Part shown: piece after piece, positions 42,772 to 56,429 of the stretch
How positions within the stretch are numbered: the first letter of the stretch is position 1
Layout: the number at the start of each line of letters is the position of its first letter
NCBI GenBank assembly: GCA_964016885.1
Contig: OZ024741.1
Coordinates: 141,732,001-141,796,000, forward strand
Length of the DNA: 64,000 nt
Source: Eledone cirrhosa
Taxonomy: Eukaryota
Direction of reading: 5' to 3'
Notes under the pieces: generated by a model
Databases searched by the model: none
What the model saw: the letters and a program-made list of their open reading frames with translations, nothing else
Told to the model about the DNA's origin: nothing
Made by a program: the position numbers and the translations under genes

Positions 42772-43013
42772 TAAATAAATATATATATAACCTTATACCG
42801 GGAATTTCAAATCTGTTGCACCAAGAGTAAATAAATAAATACATTATCTGAGAAAGCTTTTTAGCGATACTCCGGCCAAATTCCAACTCACTCAACAAAC
42901 ATTAGGAAATAAGTGAATATATTCCTAATTAAGCGTTCGGGGTGTTAACTAAATGTATTGCGTGGAAAATTGGCTGTATTATTTCATATGAGACATATCG
43001 AATATATCTCTAG

Positions 43014-43138
43014 CCAGACGGACGTTTCGTTTCATTATAGGATTCCTACAATTTGGGTGAAATTATACCAATTTATGTAGGAGCTTGTATACCATCAATA
43101 GATATATATTCACGTGGGCTCCTATAATTCATCAGTGG
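43014..43138 (-). ncRNA. Type I hammerhead with long stem II domain, family H
   Basis: cca CTGATGA attatagg...cctataat gaaac GAAA cgtccg TC tgg; surrounding 42860-43200 is homologous to 40310-40630. Confidence 0.6.
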
Positions 43139-43430
43139 GTGCCCCAATAATACTAATATTGATAATCTAACCAACAACAGTATTTAGCGATAATCATCAT
43201 CAGTGCCTGAGCTATATGTTAGGTTGCTAGTCCAGCAGTTCTAAAGAAATACTCAAACTGATTCAAAAATGAGGAAATCAATTACCGCCAAAAAAACAAT
43301 ACATGCGCATGACAATGAACTCTAAAACGAATTCAGGCACGTGCTAGAACTCAATTGGAACTTGAAAATATATCTATGTGTGTACAACTTTTGATGATAC
43401 ACACAGGTATTTTCTCGGATACACTCATAT

Positions 43431-43519
<89 letters not shown>

Positions 43520-43798
43520 CTAGGATCGGAATTAAGAGTATTCCGCAGTTCACAGTAATAATAATAATATTAGCTCAAAGAAGAATAGAAAATTTTCTTC
43601 TGAGCTCAGATACAAATATATTACACAAAGGTAAGTGTATTACACAGTGAGATGTGTGTAAAAGAATTATTACAAGTGATTTTTACCGTTACTGTATAGA
43701 AAACAATATCTACAGGTTTAGCAATTAAATAGAAAAAACCTAAGTCAGAATCCAATCTCTGAAGTAGAGTTTTAAATTACCAACCTTACAACTATAAG

Positions 43799-43873
43799 TT
43801 TGCTGATACGAATCAAGTTCGTTTCACCACAGAAATGTGCAGTTTAACAGACACAGGTTCATCAGTCAGCAAA
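43799..43873 (-). ncRNA. Type I hammerhead ribozyme with full stem III, family E
   Basis: tttgctga CTGATGA acc...ggt GAAA cgaa cttga ttcg TA tcagcaaa; lies in an element with inverted arms ~43620-43670 and 44044-44093. Confidence 0.85.
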
Positions 43874-44086
43874 TGTGGATTCTGTTTACTACACATCTAA
43901 CCTCATTGCTAGAGAGAAAGTTAATATACACGCTGCCTAGGGTAGGGCGAAATCACGTGTTATTTGCATCAAATAACGGCTCTCATGGATTGGGGAAAAT
44001 GCTAGAGAGAGCAGCCCAACCATTCGAATTTATTAGCTCAACAAATAATTTTTTACACACATCTCACTGTGTAATACACTTCTCTT

Positions 44087-44154
<68 letters not shown>

Positions 44155-44173
44155 CAGACTTATATATATAAGA

Positions 44174-44948
44174 CTTCTTGGGGATTCCATAAGCCTAGAA
44201 ATCTTATATATATATAATTATTCCAGGCTTATGGAATCCCCAATAATATAGTGGGCCTGATATCACTGCACTACACCAACACCAAAGCCCAAGTCATTAC
44301 ACCTGATGGGATGACAGAGTTCTTTGAGATACTGGCTGGAGTGCTCCAGGGAGATACATTGGCTCCCTACCTTTTTATCATCGTAGTGGACTATTGTATG
44401 AGCCATGAACTGGAGAAACACCAGGACTCTGGCTTTACTGTAGCACCGGCTCAGAGCAGGAGAGTTAACGCGAAAAAGGTATCAGATGCTGAATTTTCCG
44501 ACGACATACTTTTGGTGACAAATACAGTGAAGAAGCAGAGGATTGGATGCGGGAGTTTGAGACTGTGTCGATGAGTGTGGGGCTGAGAATGAATGAGACT
44601 AAAACAAAATATCTGGTAGAGAATGTTGAGAAGCCAGAGGGAATCACTAATGTAGGCGGGAAGCCGCTAGAATTGGTTGAGGGCTTCCTGTATTTGGGAG
44701 CAAAGATTGGGAATACGAAAGATCATGTGGTTGAGAGGAAGAGCAAAGCCTGGGCGGCGTGCCACAGCTTGAGATCGGTGTGGAAGTCGGAATATCCGCA
44801 TCTTCATTGTTGTAGAGGAGTCTGTGCTGCTGTACGGGTCTGAGACTTGGACACTGACCAAGAAACTCACTCAGATGGGGGATGGGTGCTACACGAGAAT
44901 GCTGAGGATGGCTCTGACATCCAGAGTTGACATTGCACTCAGTGCTCC
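44174..44948 (+). mobile_element. RTE RT fragment with short 5' inverted piece and internal deletions
   Basis: YTNTKAQVITPDGMTEFFEILAGVLQGD...FLYLGAKI matches the 30319-32400 ORF. Confidence 0.85.
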
Positions 44949-46699
44949 GATTATTTCAAACGAAAGTTTGGAAGAAACGATTGTCAGCAATAAAATGTTT
45001 TAAACATAGTTTTGATTATTCTGTAATTTATATATATATATATATATATACATCTTGCTGAAATTGATTCAAAATTTATTCTGTAGTGTCTAATCGATAT
45101 ATCATTTCTGATCACCATTGAAGGATTTTAGCTCCTATTCTGCATGCTGAATCATAAACTCAATGTGTTTCCTGGATACCTTTAACATTTCATGTATTGA
45201 TTTGACTGAATATTATCAATCTGTCAACGTTTGGCCATGAACAAGATCAACAAATTCTGAATATACTGTTGATGACCTCAGAGACCATAGTACATTTTAG
45301 GTCTCAAACTTTCCACACTGAAGTTGCTATACCACACGTACACTGCTGAATATGATGGGCAGTTTACAAACGATGAAGATTGAACCTGAAACCTTATTAT
45401 TGCAAAGCGAGCATCATTTCTCGACATTTGGGAAGGACGCCGAACACAACAAAGTTTTTAAGACTGCATTTCCTGCTAAAATATGAGTTAGACTTCTGAA
45501 TTCCATGATTGGTTTCATAATCAACATGGACTTATTTTCAAGCACTTTTTTACAGCTAAACACCCTTCGTGGAACCAACTCTATTGAACACTTTTTACTA
45601 TACACAGGGATATGGCGTACCTATTCTAAGGCCTATTCACATATCTTCTATGCTAAAGAATGTACCAAATCAATACGACTTATTGTTTAATTTGATATTA
45701 GAATTGATGATAAATACAAAATTAATTCAATGACCTCGAATATTAAAACTTTCACCCACATTGTGAAAATATTTTGGTTTACATTTCTTTTTCCATTTTC
45801 TTTCTTCTAATCTAAATACAGTTAGATCTTTCGAATTGATTCGTCTAATCACTTTGAGGTATATTAGTTTACGTAGGAAATTTCTCCATTCTCACATAGC
45901 TTGCTTATTCTTATCGTTATCCCATCAAATTACTCACATCCAGCTGAACATATGTTTAACAGTAAACAATAAATTGTCTAAAACAATTATTATAGGTAGA
46001 AAACAAAGTCTGATATATCTAGTTTTAATATTAAATACGATCAATATCAGCAAAAATGTTGACATAAAAGTTTTCTTGGCTCTATATTAATATTGAAACA
46101 GCGAAGTAACGACGTTCTTAATACACTTCGTGGCTAAAGTTATATTAAAGAGACTAAATTGAATACTGAAACATGTATGTTTGTCAAGGGCATTAGAATG
46201 GTCGAGTTCATGGTCTTCTTCTCTGGATTCTCTGTTCTATGGCTCATAAGATAGTTCTTGTCAGTCAGACCCAGTAAAGAGGCAGGTGAAACTCCAGAAA
46301 AATAGGTTACTGAGTTATCCGTAATAAAACTATTAATCTCTACTATGATATTAAGAACTCATTCTCGAATGTGTCAATACTAAACGGATATTTTTATATG
46401 CCTCCGTGTGTGTACATATATGTATATATATAATTTCGTATATATACTTATATATATATATATATATAATTTCGTATATATACTTATATATATACATGTA
46501 TATATACATGTATATATATATATATATATACAAGCAAATTATAAATGTAAACATGTAAGTATGTTTTGGAAGCGGTGCGCGAGTTTGAAATTAGAAATTA
46601 GAAATTATAAGCTTTCACCGTATTTTTAAACTAAAGAAATTTCTAGCCTGATAGTGGCGTTTATAACCCTCGGAGAAATGGAAAAAGATGATATATAAA

Positions 46700-46762
<63 letters not shown>

Positions 46763-46939
46763 GAACAGGGTACTCTGGTTAGCCTACTCTGGCAAACTAG
46801 GTAGCTGTGTAGGGTGCTGATTTCACGGGGCGCATTTCCCAAAATCAACAACAATTTTATAAATAAATAAATTTCAATTTTATTGGGGGGTTATCCCGGT
46901 TTATTTCATATAGGGACAAATAATCGGATTGATTCAGTC

Positions 46940-47210
46940 TGACCAGAACAAGCAAAAACTTTTGGATAATTTCCCTAATGTTGCTATTGCTTTAAGGATC
47001 TTTCTCACACTTGCAGTATCAGTGGCAAGTGGTGAGAGTAGTTTCTCAAAGCTCAAGCTTATAAAATCTTACATTCACTCTACAATGTTGTAAGAGAGAC
47101 TAGTTGGCTTGGCAACTATATCAATTGAACATGCTCAGGCTTCATCTCTTGGTTTAGCTGAATTGGTTAAAAACTTTGCCGTGAAAAAGGCACACAAAAT
47201 GAGATTTTGA
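46940..47210 (+). pseudogene. hAT transposase C-terminal dimerisation domain fragment
   Basis: FPNVAIALRIFLTLAVSVASGESSFSKLKLIKSYIHSTML*ERLVGLATISIEH. Confidence 0.8.
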
Positions 47211-47608
47211 ATTGTCTTCTGTCTGTATTTACCCCTCAGCCAAATTTGGTTTCAGGTGTATTAGCAGGGGCTCTGGAAGCATTTCTGAATTGGGGAGAGG
47301 AGGAACATTTGAACAATTTAGTTGTAGTGATTATTTTAGCTCTTTGCACTCTAAAATGGTCAGAAAATTCGATATGCAATAAACATAACATGTACGTAAA
47401 TTGTAGCGCATATCCAAATAGATGTGTGTTTTTTGTAGTTTGGGGATAAAATATAATTATCGGAGGGGGGCTTGCCTCCCCCCAGTTCCACTACCACTGT
47501 ATATATAATTTAAAAATATTATGCTCTATGCCCTTTCCTAGGGGGTTGATATATCGAGCTTCTTCGTATTTGGTAAGAAACTGGTATTATACCCAATTTA
47601 TTCATCTC

Positions 47609-47641
<33 letters not shown>

Positions 47642-48299
47642 CATTTATTATGTATTGGTTAGCTTTACTATAAAGGTTCACCTACGCACACACAGGAACA
47701 CCAGTCTTGTCGGGTGAGTACGCAGGTGAGACTCCAGTGTAACAAGGCTTACCCATAATAAATGAATATTTAAACCCTACTTCCGTATTGAGTTTTCATA
47801 CTTACGTCCGTCAATAATTCACATACTCTCAGTTCTTGAATATTAGTCCCAATCTCCCGCTTACGAATTTGTCAAATCCCCCCCCCCCCCTGCTCTGGTT
47901 TTTATCCCCCACACACACACGCTTATTAAATTTTGCTAATCTATCACCGGCGAAATATTATGGTAAGTGATTCATATCGATACAGCAGCTGGAGATTCTA
48001 ATAATTTTATTTTACATTAAAAAAAACACATTGTTTAGGACAAAAGAAGAACATTACAAGAAATCCTATATCTAGGAACGTAAAGTATTCAATTACTGAT
48101 TTCCCAATCACCCTCATCCCCATTATTGCCACCTCTCCTATTATTTGGGAGCCGAGAGTGCAACCAAACTTTCCTCATCTTTCGCACAAAACTCTCTTTT
48201 AATGCCCCTCTCTGTATCTACTAAAACCAAACTCTACCCCTCTCCTCTACCACGACACCGTCTCGTTTATCCCACTCTCTATATCTCAGACGAAAACAC

Positions 48300-50427
48300 T
48301 ATCTCACTCTCTGTAAATATCTACACTTATCTCCCCCAATCGCTCTCTGAATATCAATTACTCCTAAACTTTCACCCTCACTATATCTACATCACAGAAC
48401 TCTCTTCCAATACCCCTCTCTATATCAATAAACATCAATCTCTCACACTCTGTATATCTATTACACAGAATTCTTTTCCAATCCCCTCGCTATATCAATT
48501 TAAACCAACCCCTCGCCCACTCTTATCTACTACACGGTACTCTCTTCAATTCGCCCTCTATATATCAATTAGCACAAAACACTCCCCCTCTCTATATCTA
48601 CTACACGGAGCTCTCTTCCAATACCCCTCTCTATATCAATTAATACCAAACTCTCCCCCTCTCTATATCAATTAACACCAAACGCTCCCCCTCTCTATAT
48701 CTACTACACCAAACTCTCTTCCAATCCACCTCTCTATATCAATTAACGCCAAACTTTCCCTCTCTCTATATTTACTACACGGAACTCTCTTCCAATACCC
48801 CTCTCTATATCTACAACACGGAAATCTCTTCCAATCCCCCTCTCTATATCAATTAACACCATATCAATTCTATATCAATTAACCCTCTTTATATTTACTA
48901 GACGGAAATCTCTTCCAATACCCCTCTCTATATCTACTACACGGAACTCTCTCCCAAACCCCTCTCTAGATCAATTATCACAAAATTATCCTCCTTTCTA
49001 TATATATCATATAACACTCTCTCTCCTTCCCGCTCACTCTATCCATCAATAGCAAACTCTCCCCATCTCTACATCAACCATACAACATACTCTCCCAATA
49101 CCCCTCTATGTCAATTAATACCAAACTCTACCCCTCTCCATATCAATTAGCACCAAATTCTCCACCTCTCTATATCTACTACACATAACTCCCTTTCAAC
49201 CCCCCCTTCTATATCAATTAACACAAAACTCTCCCCCTCTGTATATCTAGTAAACGGAATTCTCTTCCTATACTCCGCTCTATATCAATTAATACCAAAC
49301 TATTCCCCTCTCCATATCTACTACACGGACTCTCTTCCAATCCCCCCCCCCCCGCTATATCAATTAACTCCAAACTCTCGCCCTCCCTGTGTCTAGTATA
49401 CGGAACTCTCTTCCAAAACCCTTTTCGATATCAATTAACACCGAACTCTCCCCCTTTCTAAGTCTACTACATAGAAATCTCTCCTAAACTCCTCTTTATA
49501 TCAATTAACACTAAACACACCCCTCTTTACATCAATCATACAATATACTCTCCCAATCCGCCTCTATATATCAAGTAACACCAAATGCTCCCCTTCTATA
49601 TCTACTACACGGAACTTTCTTCTAATACCCCTCACTATATCAGTTAATACCAAACTTTCCCCCCTCTCTATAGATACAATAGGGAACTTTCTTCGAATGC
49701 CCCTCTATATATCAAGTAACACCAAACTCTCTCCTCTATATATCTACAACACGGAAATCTCTCTCAACCCTCTTTCTATATCAATTACCACCAAACTCTC
49801 CCCCTCTCTATATCTACAAGACGGAACACTCTTCCAATCCCCCTCTCTATATCAATTACCATCAAAACTCGCCACCTCTCCTTATCTACTACACGGATTT
49901 CTCTTCCAATCCCCTTCTCTATATCAATTTACACCAAACTCCGCCTCTCTCTAGATCAACCATACAACATACTCTCCCAATCCCTCTCTTTATATCAATT
50001 AACACCAAGCTCTCCGCCTCACTATATCTACTACACGGAACTCTCTTCCTATACTCCGCTTTAAATCAATTAATACCAAACTCTCCCCCTCTCTTCCAAA
50101 TACCCTCTCTATATCAATTAACAGCAAACTCTACCGCTGTCTCTATGTAACATACAATACTCTCTCCCTCTCTCATCCCCCCCCCCCCTCTCACTCTATC
50201 CATCACTACCAAACTCTCCCCCTCTATACATCAACCATACAAAACCACACAACATTTTCTCCCAATCACCCTCTATATATCAATTAACACCAACCCCCCC
50301 CCCCCCATATCTACTTCATGGAACCCTCTTCCAAACCCCTTCACTATATTAATTAACACCAAACTCTCACCCTCTCTATATTTACTACACGAAACTCTCT
50401 TCCAAATAGCACTCTATATCAATTACC
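48300..50427. repeat. Diverged G-poor minisatellite, ~71-bp unit of ~32- and ~39-bp subunits
   Basis: ctctctatatcaattaacaccaaactctcccc / ctctctatatctactacacggaactctcttccaatacccc; related sequence resumes at ~55795-55980. Confidence 0.85.
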
Positions 50428-50529
50428 ATTTGATATAGACGTGAATTACTTCGCTCCGGATTTTTACGGATTATTGTCAAAAAATCTGTGAGTTCATTGC
50501 TCAATTTAATAGCATTGTTTAGTTTAACC

Positions 50530-53500
50530 CCTTGCCTGGGCCGTCAGACGTTGAGTCAACTAATTTTAGCCCCTTTCTGGGGCGAAATTTTCATTTTCAT
50601 CTCAAAACTGTGTAGACTTGGTAGTCAGCAATGGATGCCATTTCCACCTCGCACACTGTCGTGAGTGCCACGCCCTCTAAGAAAAGTGGTGAAGGGAAGG
50701 TAGGAGTACAAAGCTTGCAGCCTTCCCCCCTCGCATTATCGAAAAACGTTGAAAATATTGAAACCACGAAACCAAACCCGGTAAATAATACCAGCACCAA
50801 CAACAAGAACAATGACAATAACACCACAACCAACAACTGCAACAATAGCAACACCAAGGAAAACATGAACAATATTACCGACAGTGACAACAACAGCAGC
50901 AACAAAAAAGACAACAACACCAAAACAACATTCGCACAGACTGTAAAAAAATACGAACTATACACGCCAATAGACATAACAAATGCTAAACAACTATTAC
51001 AAGACGCAAAACAATTCGTGACTTTTGGCGAAAACGGTGCTTTTAGCATCAATTCTCCACAGGAATTACGTAGAGAGGCTGTCCTGAAAACTGTGATTTT
51101 CAGGACAATATCGAACGAAACAAGAAAACCAGCTCAATTATCACAAAATGAAATTGAGCTGGTTCTAAAAGATGCAATGAAGGACATAACCTTCATACAA
51201 AAAGCTAAACTGTTTGGTAGCATTTCGGTGCTAATGAACAACCAGTCAACAGCACAAAAGTACTCGGTATCACCCATTGTGTCCCCCCCCGCTTCGCCTT
51301 TTTTCCCACATACAGGGGAAAAAGGACACAAAGAATAAAAATAATGAGTATCACACCAAATGTAAATATTTGATGGATACTATGTGGAATCATTGACTTT
51401 GATGAAGACAAGATAATTTCAATTACAAAAGCAACCACAACAAAACACCAAAATATACCCCTGCCCCAACAACACGGAGAGGACTCCGTATCAACGTCAC
51501 CCAGTGACGACGAGGGAGAACTCTTTCAACAGGTGAAAAGGAAAAAAAAAAGGCGCCACATTAACAAAAATGCTACAAACACACAACCACCAGCACAAAC
51601 AGAACAAACATCACAAACAAAAAAATCCACCCCTCCCCAAAACATAACACATACTACAAAACGCAAACACGCACAAGAACAACAAACAAAAACAAACCAA
51701 CGCAACAAAAACTCTATACATACATTAACAAGAACAATAAAACTTTAATAAAAGCGATAGAAAATAACCCTTCGGTGGAAACCGAAGGGATCACTTTCAC
51801 CTACGCAGCGAACAAACCGCACCTAATGATGATTAGGGTCCCAACGGAAACCTATGTAACTTTGAAAAAAAACCATCCAATGCATGTGGGGACCAACTGC
51901 ACCAAACCACTTAACCACGTCCTATTGAGATGTTTCCCCACCCCCACAACAGACACCCACACCCCACCAAACACCCTAATCCCACCACACACTGATGTCC
52001 TCACCCCACCACAAACCACCACCCCACCAAACAACCCTTCCAACACCCCCATGGAAATTGTGCAGCCTGGTCCCCAGGAGACGAAGAGGTAAGTAATTTC
52101 CTTTCCTCTTCCTTTTTAACTCTTCAGCACCAACATGGCCAATATAAGAGTTGGATGTGTGAATGCACGCGGCCTGGGGATGTCCTGGAAACAGGGCAAA
52201 CTCTTAAATGACCTCAGGTCGCACAGAGTGGATGTAATGGTTATTTGCGAGTCCAGGATCAGCAGCGAGCGCCAACTGGCCCCCATCTTCGACGACTTTG
52301 AGATCTACGCATCTCTCTGTCAGCCGAGGGGTGGGGTGGGGTTGTCGTTCTGCTGCGAAAATACCTGGGTCTTGCCACACAGAAGGTACACCTGGACCCG
52401 GAGGGTTGACTGGTGGTTTTAGACGTCGGCAGTGGTGAAGGTGGAGTTTTCAGGCTGATGGCAGCGTATGCCCCATCTGGGACACCGCGACCGGACTTCT
52501 TCCGACGCCTGGAGAATTTCCTGGGAACGTCTCGCTCCTTGCTTTTAGTGGGGGACTGGAATGGTATCCTGGATGCACGTTGGGACTATGTAGGGGCATG
52601 TCCCGATAGAGGGGGTGTAACAGCCTCAAACGATTAATCGGCCGATTTGATCTGGCCGATAGATATCGACTAGATTTTCCGACTGTGTCACTGTGGACGT
52701 GGACTAATCTTCGCGGAACATCTAGGTCGTACCTAGATAGGTTCCTAGTGAGAAATAAGGATAGGGACATATTAAGCTGTCCACGAATGTTCATGGTTGA
52801 CTATTCGGATCACAAGTTGGTGACCGGAGTTGTCAACCTTGATAGAACTCATAGACAGGGACCCGGTTACTGGAAGCTAAACTTGTCTTTACCGTAAGCG
52901 GACAGTAAGCGGATTAGCACACTAGTTAAGCAGCGGTTGACGGGGACAATTGTCAACAGCAGGTGGTGGGGCTCGCTCAAGAGAGAGATTAGAATAGAAT
53001 CGATAGGTTTTAGTCAGGAATTAGCATCAGATAGGAATAGAACTGAAAGGGAATTAATAGATAGAGTAGAAGAGGTGATTAGGAGTGGCAACGTGGCCGG
53101 GGTGCTGGCGTCAAGAACGGCCCTAGACCAGTTCTTTGATGCGAAGCACGAGGGTTGCGTTGTCAGGAGTAAAATACGTGCTTTGGGTAACAAGGGAGCC
53201 AAAGCTGTTAACTGGGCCCGAGTGACAGAGGCAAAAAGTGGAAACATGTCCACGATTCGGTCTTTGAAGGACCAGGATGGACGCGTGATCCTTGAACCTG
53301 AGCGGATGAGCGCGGCCTTTCAACGGCGCTTTGCACGACTGTTCGGGAGGGGCGGCGGGCCGGGTGGGTCCATGTATTTCGGTCCATACCTCGACGGTCT
53401 GGCGCGGCTCTCGGACGGGGAGGCGAAGTCCTGCGAGAGGCCGATTTCAGTCGCTGAAATAGGGGAAGCGCTGATCCAATGCAGCAAACGCAAATCTCCG

Positions 53501-55790
53501 GATCTCAATGGTCTACCATACGAACTTTATGTAGCGATGCCGGGCTTGTTCTCCGGTTTCCTCGAGGCGGTCTATTGCAACTGGCAACAGAACGGGAGAA
53601 TTCCCAGTTCTGTGACCAAGGGCGTAGTGACGCTGGTGAGGAAGGACGAGAACAAGGGGAATGACATAGATAACTTCAGGCCCATAACTCTGCTAAACAC
53701 AGAGTTAAAGATTTTGGCCAAGGTGTTAGCGAAGAGGTTGGTGCTTGTCATCGGGAACCTGGTGGGAGAAGCGCAGACATGCGCAATCCCGTCCAGGTCC
53801 ATACACGACAACCTCCACCTCATGCGATACATCGTAGAGAGTGTAGGGAACGAACCCGGCTTTGGTGGGGCCCTGATCAACTTGGATCAATCTAGGGCGT
53901 TCGATAGGGTTGACCATCGGTACCTGGATGCGGTGCTCGCGGCGGCAGGCTGCGGACCCGTTTTCAGGGGCTGGATTGCTGCAATGCACAGCAGCAACAC
54001 CTGCTCGAGGGTCAAGTTGAACGGCTACCTCTCGGAGCCGTTCCAAATCACGCGATCTATCCGACAGGGATGCCCTCTCTCCTCCCACCTGTATGTGCTG
54101 GCTCTCGAGCCACTACTGCGGAAGCTGGAGCTGTTGCAGGGCATCCCATTGGAACCGGGATTGCGGAAAGCGGTGTCGGCCTACGCCGATGACGTGACAG
54201 TAATGGTGTCGTGCGCCTCGGAAATCGGGCAGATCGGCACCTTACTGGAGGAATATGAAAGGTTCACAGGAGCCAAGCTGAACCGGGACAAGTCCGTCGG
54301 TTTGCAACTCGGGACGTGGAGGGGAAAACCGATGCCCTCCGACGGCATCGTCGGGCGCTGGACGGAGGGACCGGTGAAGCTGCTCGGGGTCTGGTTCGGA
54401 CCGGACCTCCAGGTGGAGAAAAACTGGGACGAGGTAACGGGCAAGGTGTTTGCACTTTCCCAGAGTGGGCCGGGTGCAAACTATCCCTGAAAGGTCGAGC
54501 GGAGGTGGCGAACGCTTATATAGCGTCCGTCATCTACTACCGTTTGACCGTCGTGCCTTGCCCAGAGAAAACACTCGCCAAAATGGAGCGCGCGCTCTTC
54601 CGATTTCTTTGGAAGAAGCTGGCTTCTTTGGTGAGAAGATCCATCTGCTGTCAACACCCTTCGAACGGAGGGCTGGGGATGCCGTGGCTGACGATGCGTA
54701 GACACGCATTAAGGCTACGGCACCTCCAGGTATTCCTCACCGGTCAGCCGGTGTGGGCCCTGTTTGTGAGGCGAGCCTTTCCGAGACTCGTCTCACTCAC
54801 CGAGCTGCAATCCTGGGTCAAGCAAAGACCGAGAAAAGTGGGCGACTGGCACATTGAATGTGCCCAGGCGCTCACGGCCCTCTGGCAAGCGGATCCGGCA
54901 ATCAGTGGAGACTCAACCTCAACATTCTAGAGAGGGTTGGTGCGCAGTAAGTGCGACGACGCTCTCTGAGAGGCTCTGGGCATGGAGGAAGATGAGCTGG
55001 CCAGTCTGTTCGGTAGGACGTTTGGCCCGGGACCGATGGACAACTTCCTGGTTTGTCAATGTTACCGAGGAGCTCTACCCGTTCGGGACAAGCTCTACAG
55101 ACACGGGCGCCCGGGTAGGGACCCTTCGAAGAAGATCTGTCCGAGATGCGTGCGTGATGAGGAAGCCGTCGCACACGCATTCGTACACTGCTCGGGCGTT
55201 GCTGACCTGTGGGGCTATATGGAACGACTACTGTCGCGGGTGGGACCAATCCGGTTGACCACCGAGAACATTGTCACGATCATACCGCCTCCCCCTTTCA
55301 AAAACGAAGGAGAGGCGGTTTTCCTCTGTGTGATAGCTATGGCGAAAGAAGTTGTATGGTGGACAAGGTTGAAAGGGCTGAGGTCAGACACCTTTCTCTC
55401 CGGCCAACAACTGATCTTTTTTTTCAAGTACCACTTTAGAAGAAGCATCAGAATAGAGAGAGAGGTGCTCTACCCCAGCAAGTTTTATGAAAGGTGGGTG
55501 AAAGTAGCGAGAATGGCCCGAGTGAATGGGCCTTCTCTCTATATCAGCCTGTAGGTGAGAGAGGAGAAGAATGAGAAGAGGAAGGAAGCACCCGCTCTTT
55601 GTGCTCCTGAAGAGGAGGGTTGCACATTTTTACGGGGGTGTGTGCGACCCATGTCAACGCCCCTCCCTATTGAGGACATCGATTGTTAAATTTAATTTGA
55701 TATATGTTTTTTACGTCTTTTTAAATGTATGTAAACTCCCCCCTTTGTATTTGTCCCAATCTTTGATGCCCTGGTGGCAAATAAATAGAA
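50530..55790 (+). mobile_element. Tx1/L1-clade LINE, near full-length, frameshifted
   Basis: ORF1 remnant 50631-52092; ORF2 52135-55554: NARGL, VGDWNG, SYLDRF..SDH, GYWKLN, FRPITLLNTELKILAK, LDQSRAFDRVDH, IRQGCPLS, YADD, GGLG, CPRC...E...HAFVHC. Confidence 0.9.
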
Positions 55791-56429
55791 ATGTATATCT
55801 ACCATACAACACTCTCTCTCTCTCATTCCTTCTCACTCTATTCATTACCTCCAAAATCTCCCCTCTCTACATCAACCATATAACACTCTCTCCCCACCTT
55901 CCACTCTACAATAATTACCGCCAAACTCTCCCCCCTCTCTATATCTATTATATCTATCTCTCCCATCTGTCTCTACATAACATGTACATAAATTGTAGTG
56001 CATATACAAATATATGTGTTCTGTTAGTTTGAGGAGAAAAATAAAATTATGGGGGGAGGGGTGGCTCTCCTCGCCTCCTCCAGTTGCACCACCCCTGAAT
56101 AATATTGTGCGTCTGTTCAACTGTTCATTATGCTCTTAGTTCATCACTAATGTCTATTTTTATGTTTGTTTATTCTTGTCTTAATTTTGCAAATAAAATA
56201 GTATCAAGTAGTGCTTTGATGGGTGTGTCCGGACATTTGAGCACCGGGGGTAATTTTTTTTTTTTGTCTGTGCTCAAATGTTGAAAAAAAATTTTTTAAA
56301 TTTATTGTTTATAAATTTTGAAATTGATACTTTCCGGGGGAGGACGCCAGAATCTACCCTTGCCTAGGGTGCCAGAAAATCTGGCGTTGGCCCTGGCTAG
56401 CGGTAAACTACTCAGAGAGCTAAACAAAG

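Noticed and set aside
48300-50427. CRISPR-like periodicity of 32-39-bp units
   Set aside because: No unique spacers, degenerate units, eukaryotic context and no cas genes; it is a minisatellite.
53014-55448. Antisense and alternative-frame ORFs over the Tx1 and RTE elements
   Set aside because: Shadows of GC-richer LINE coding sequence.
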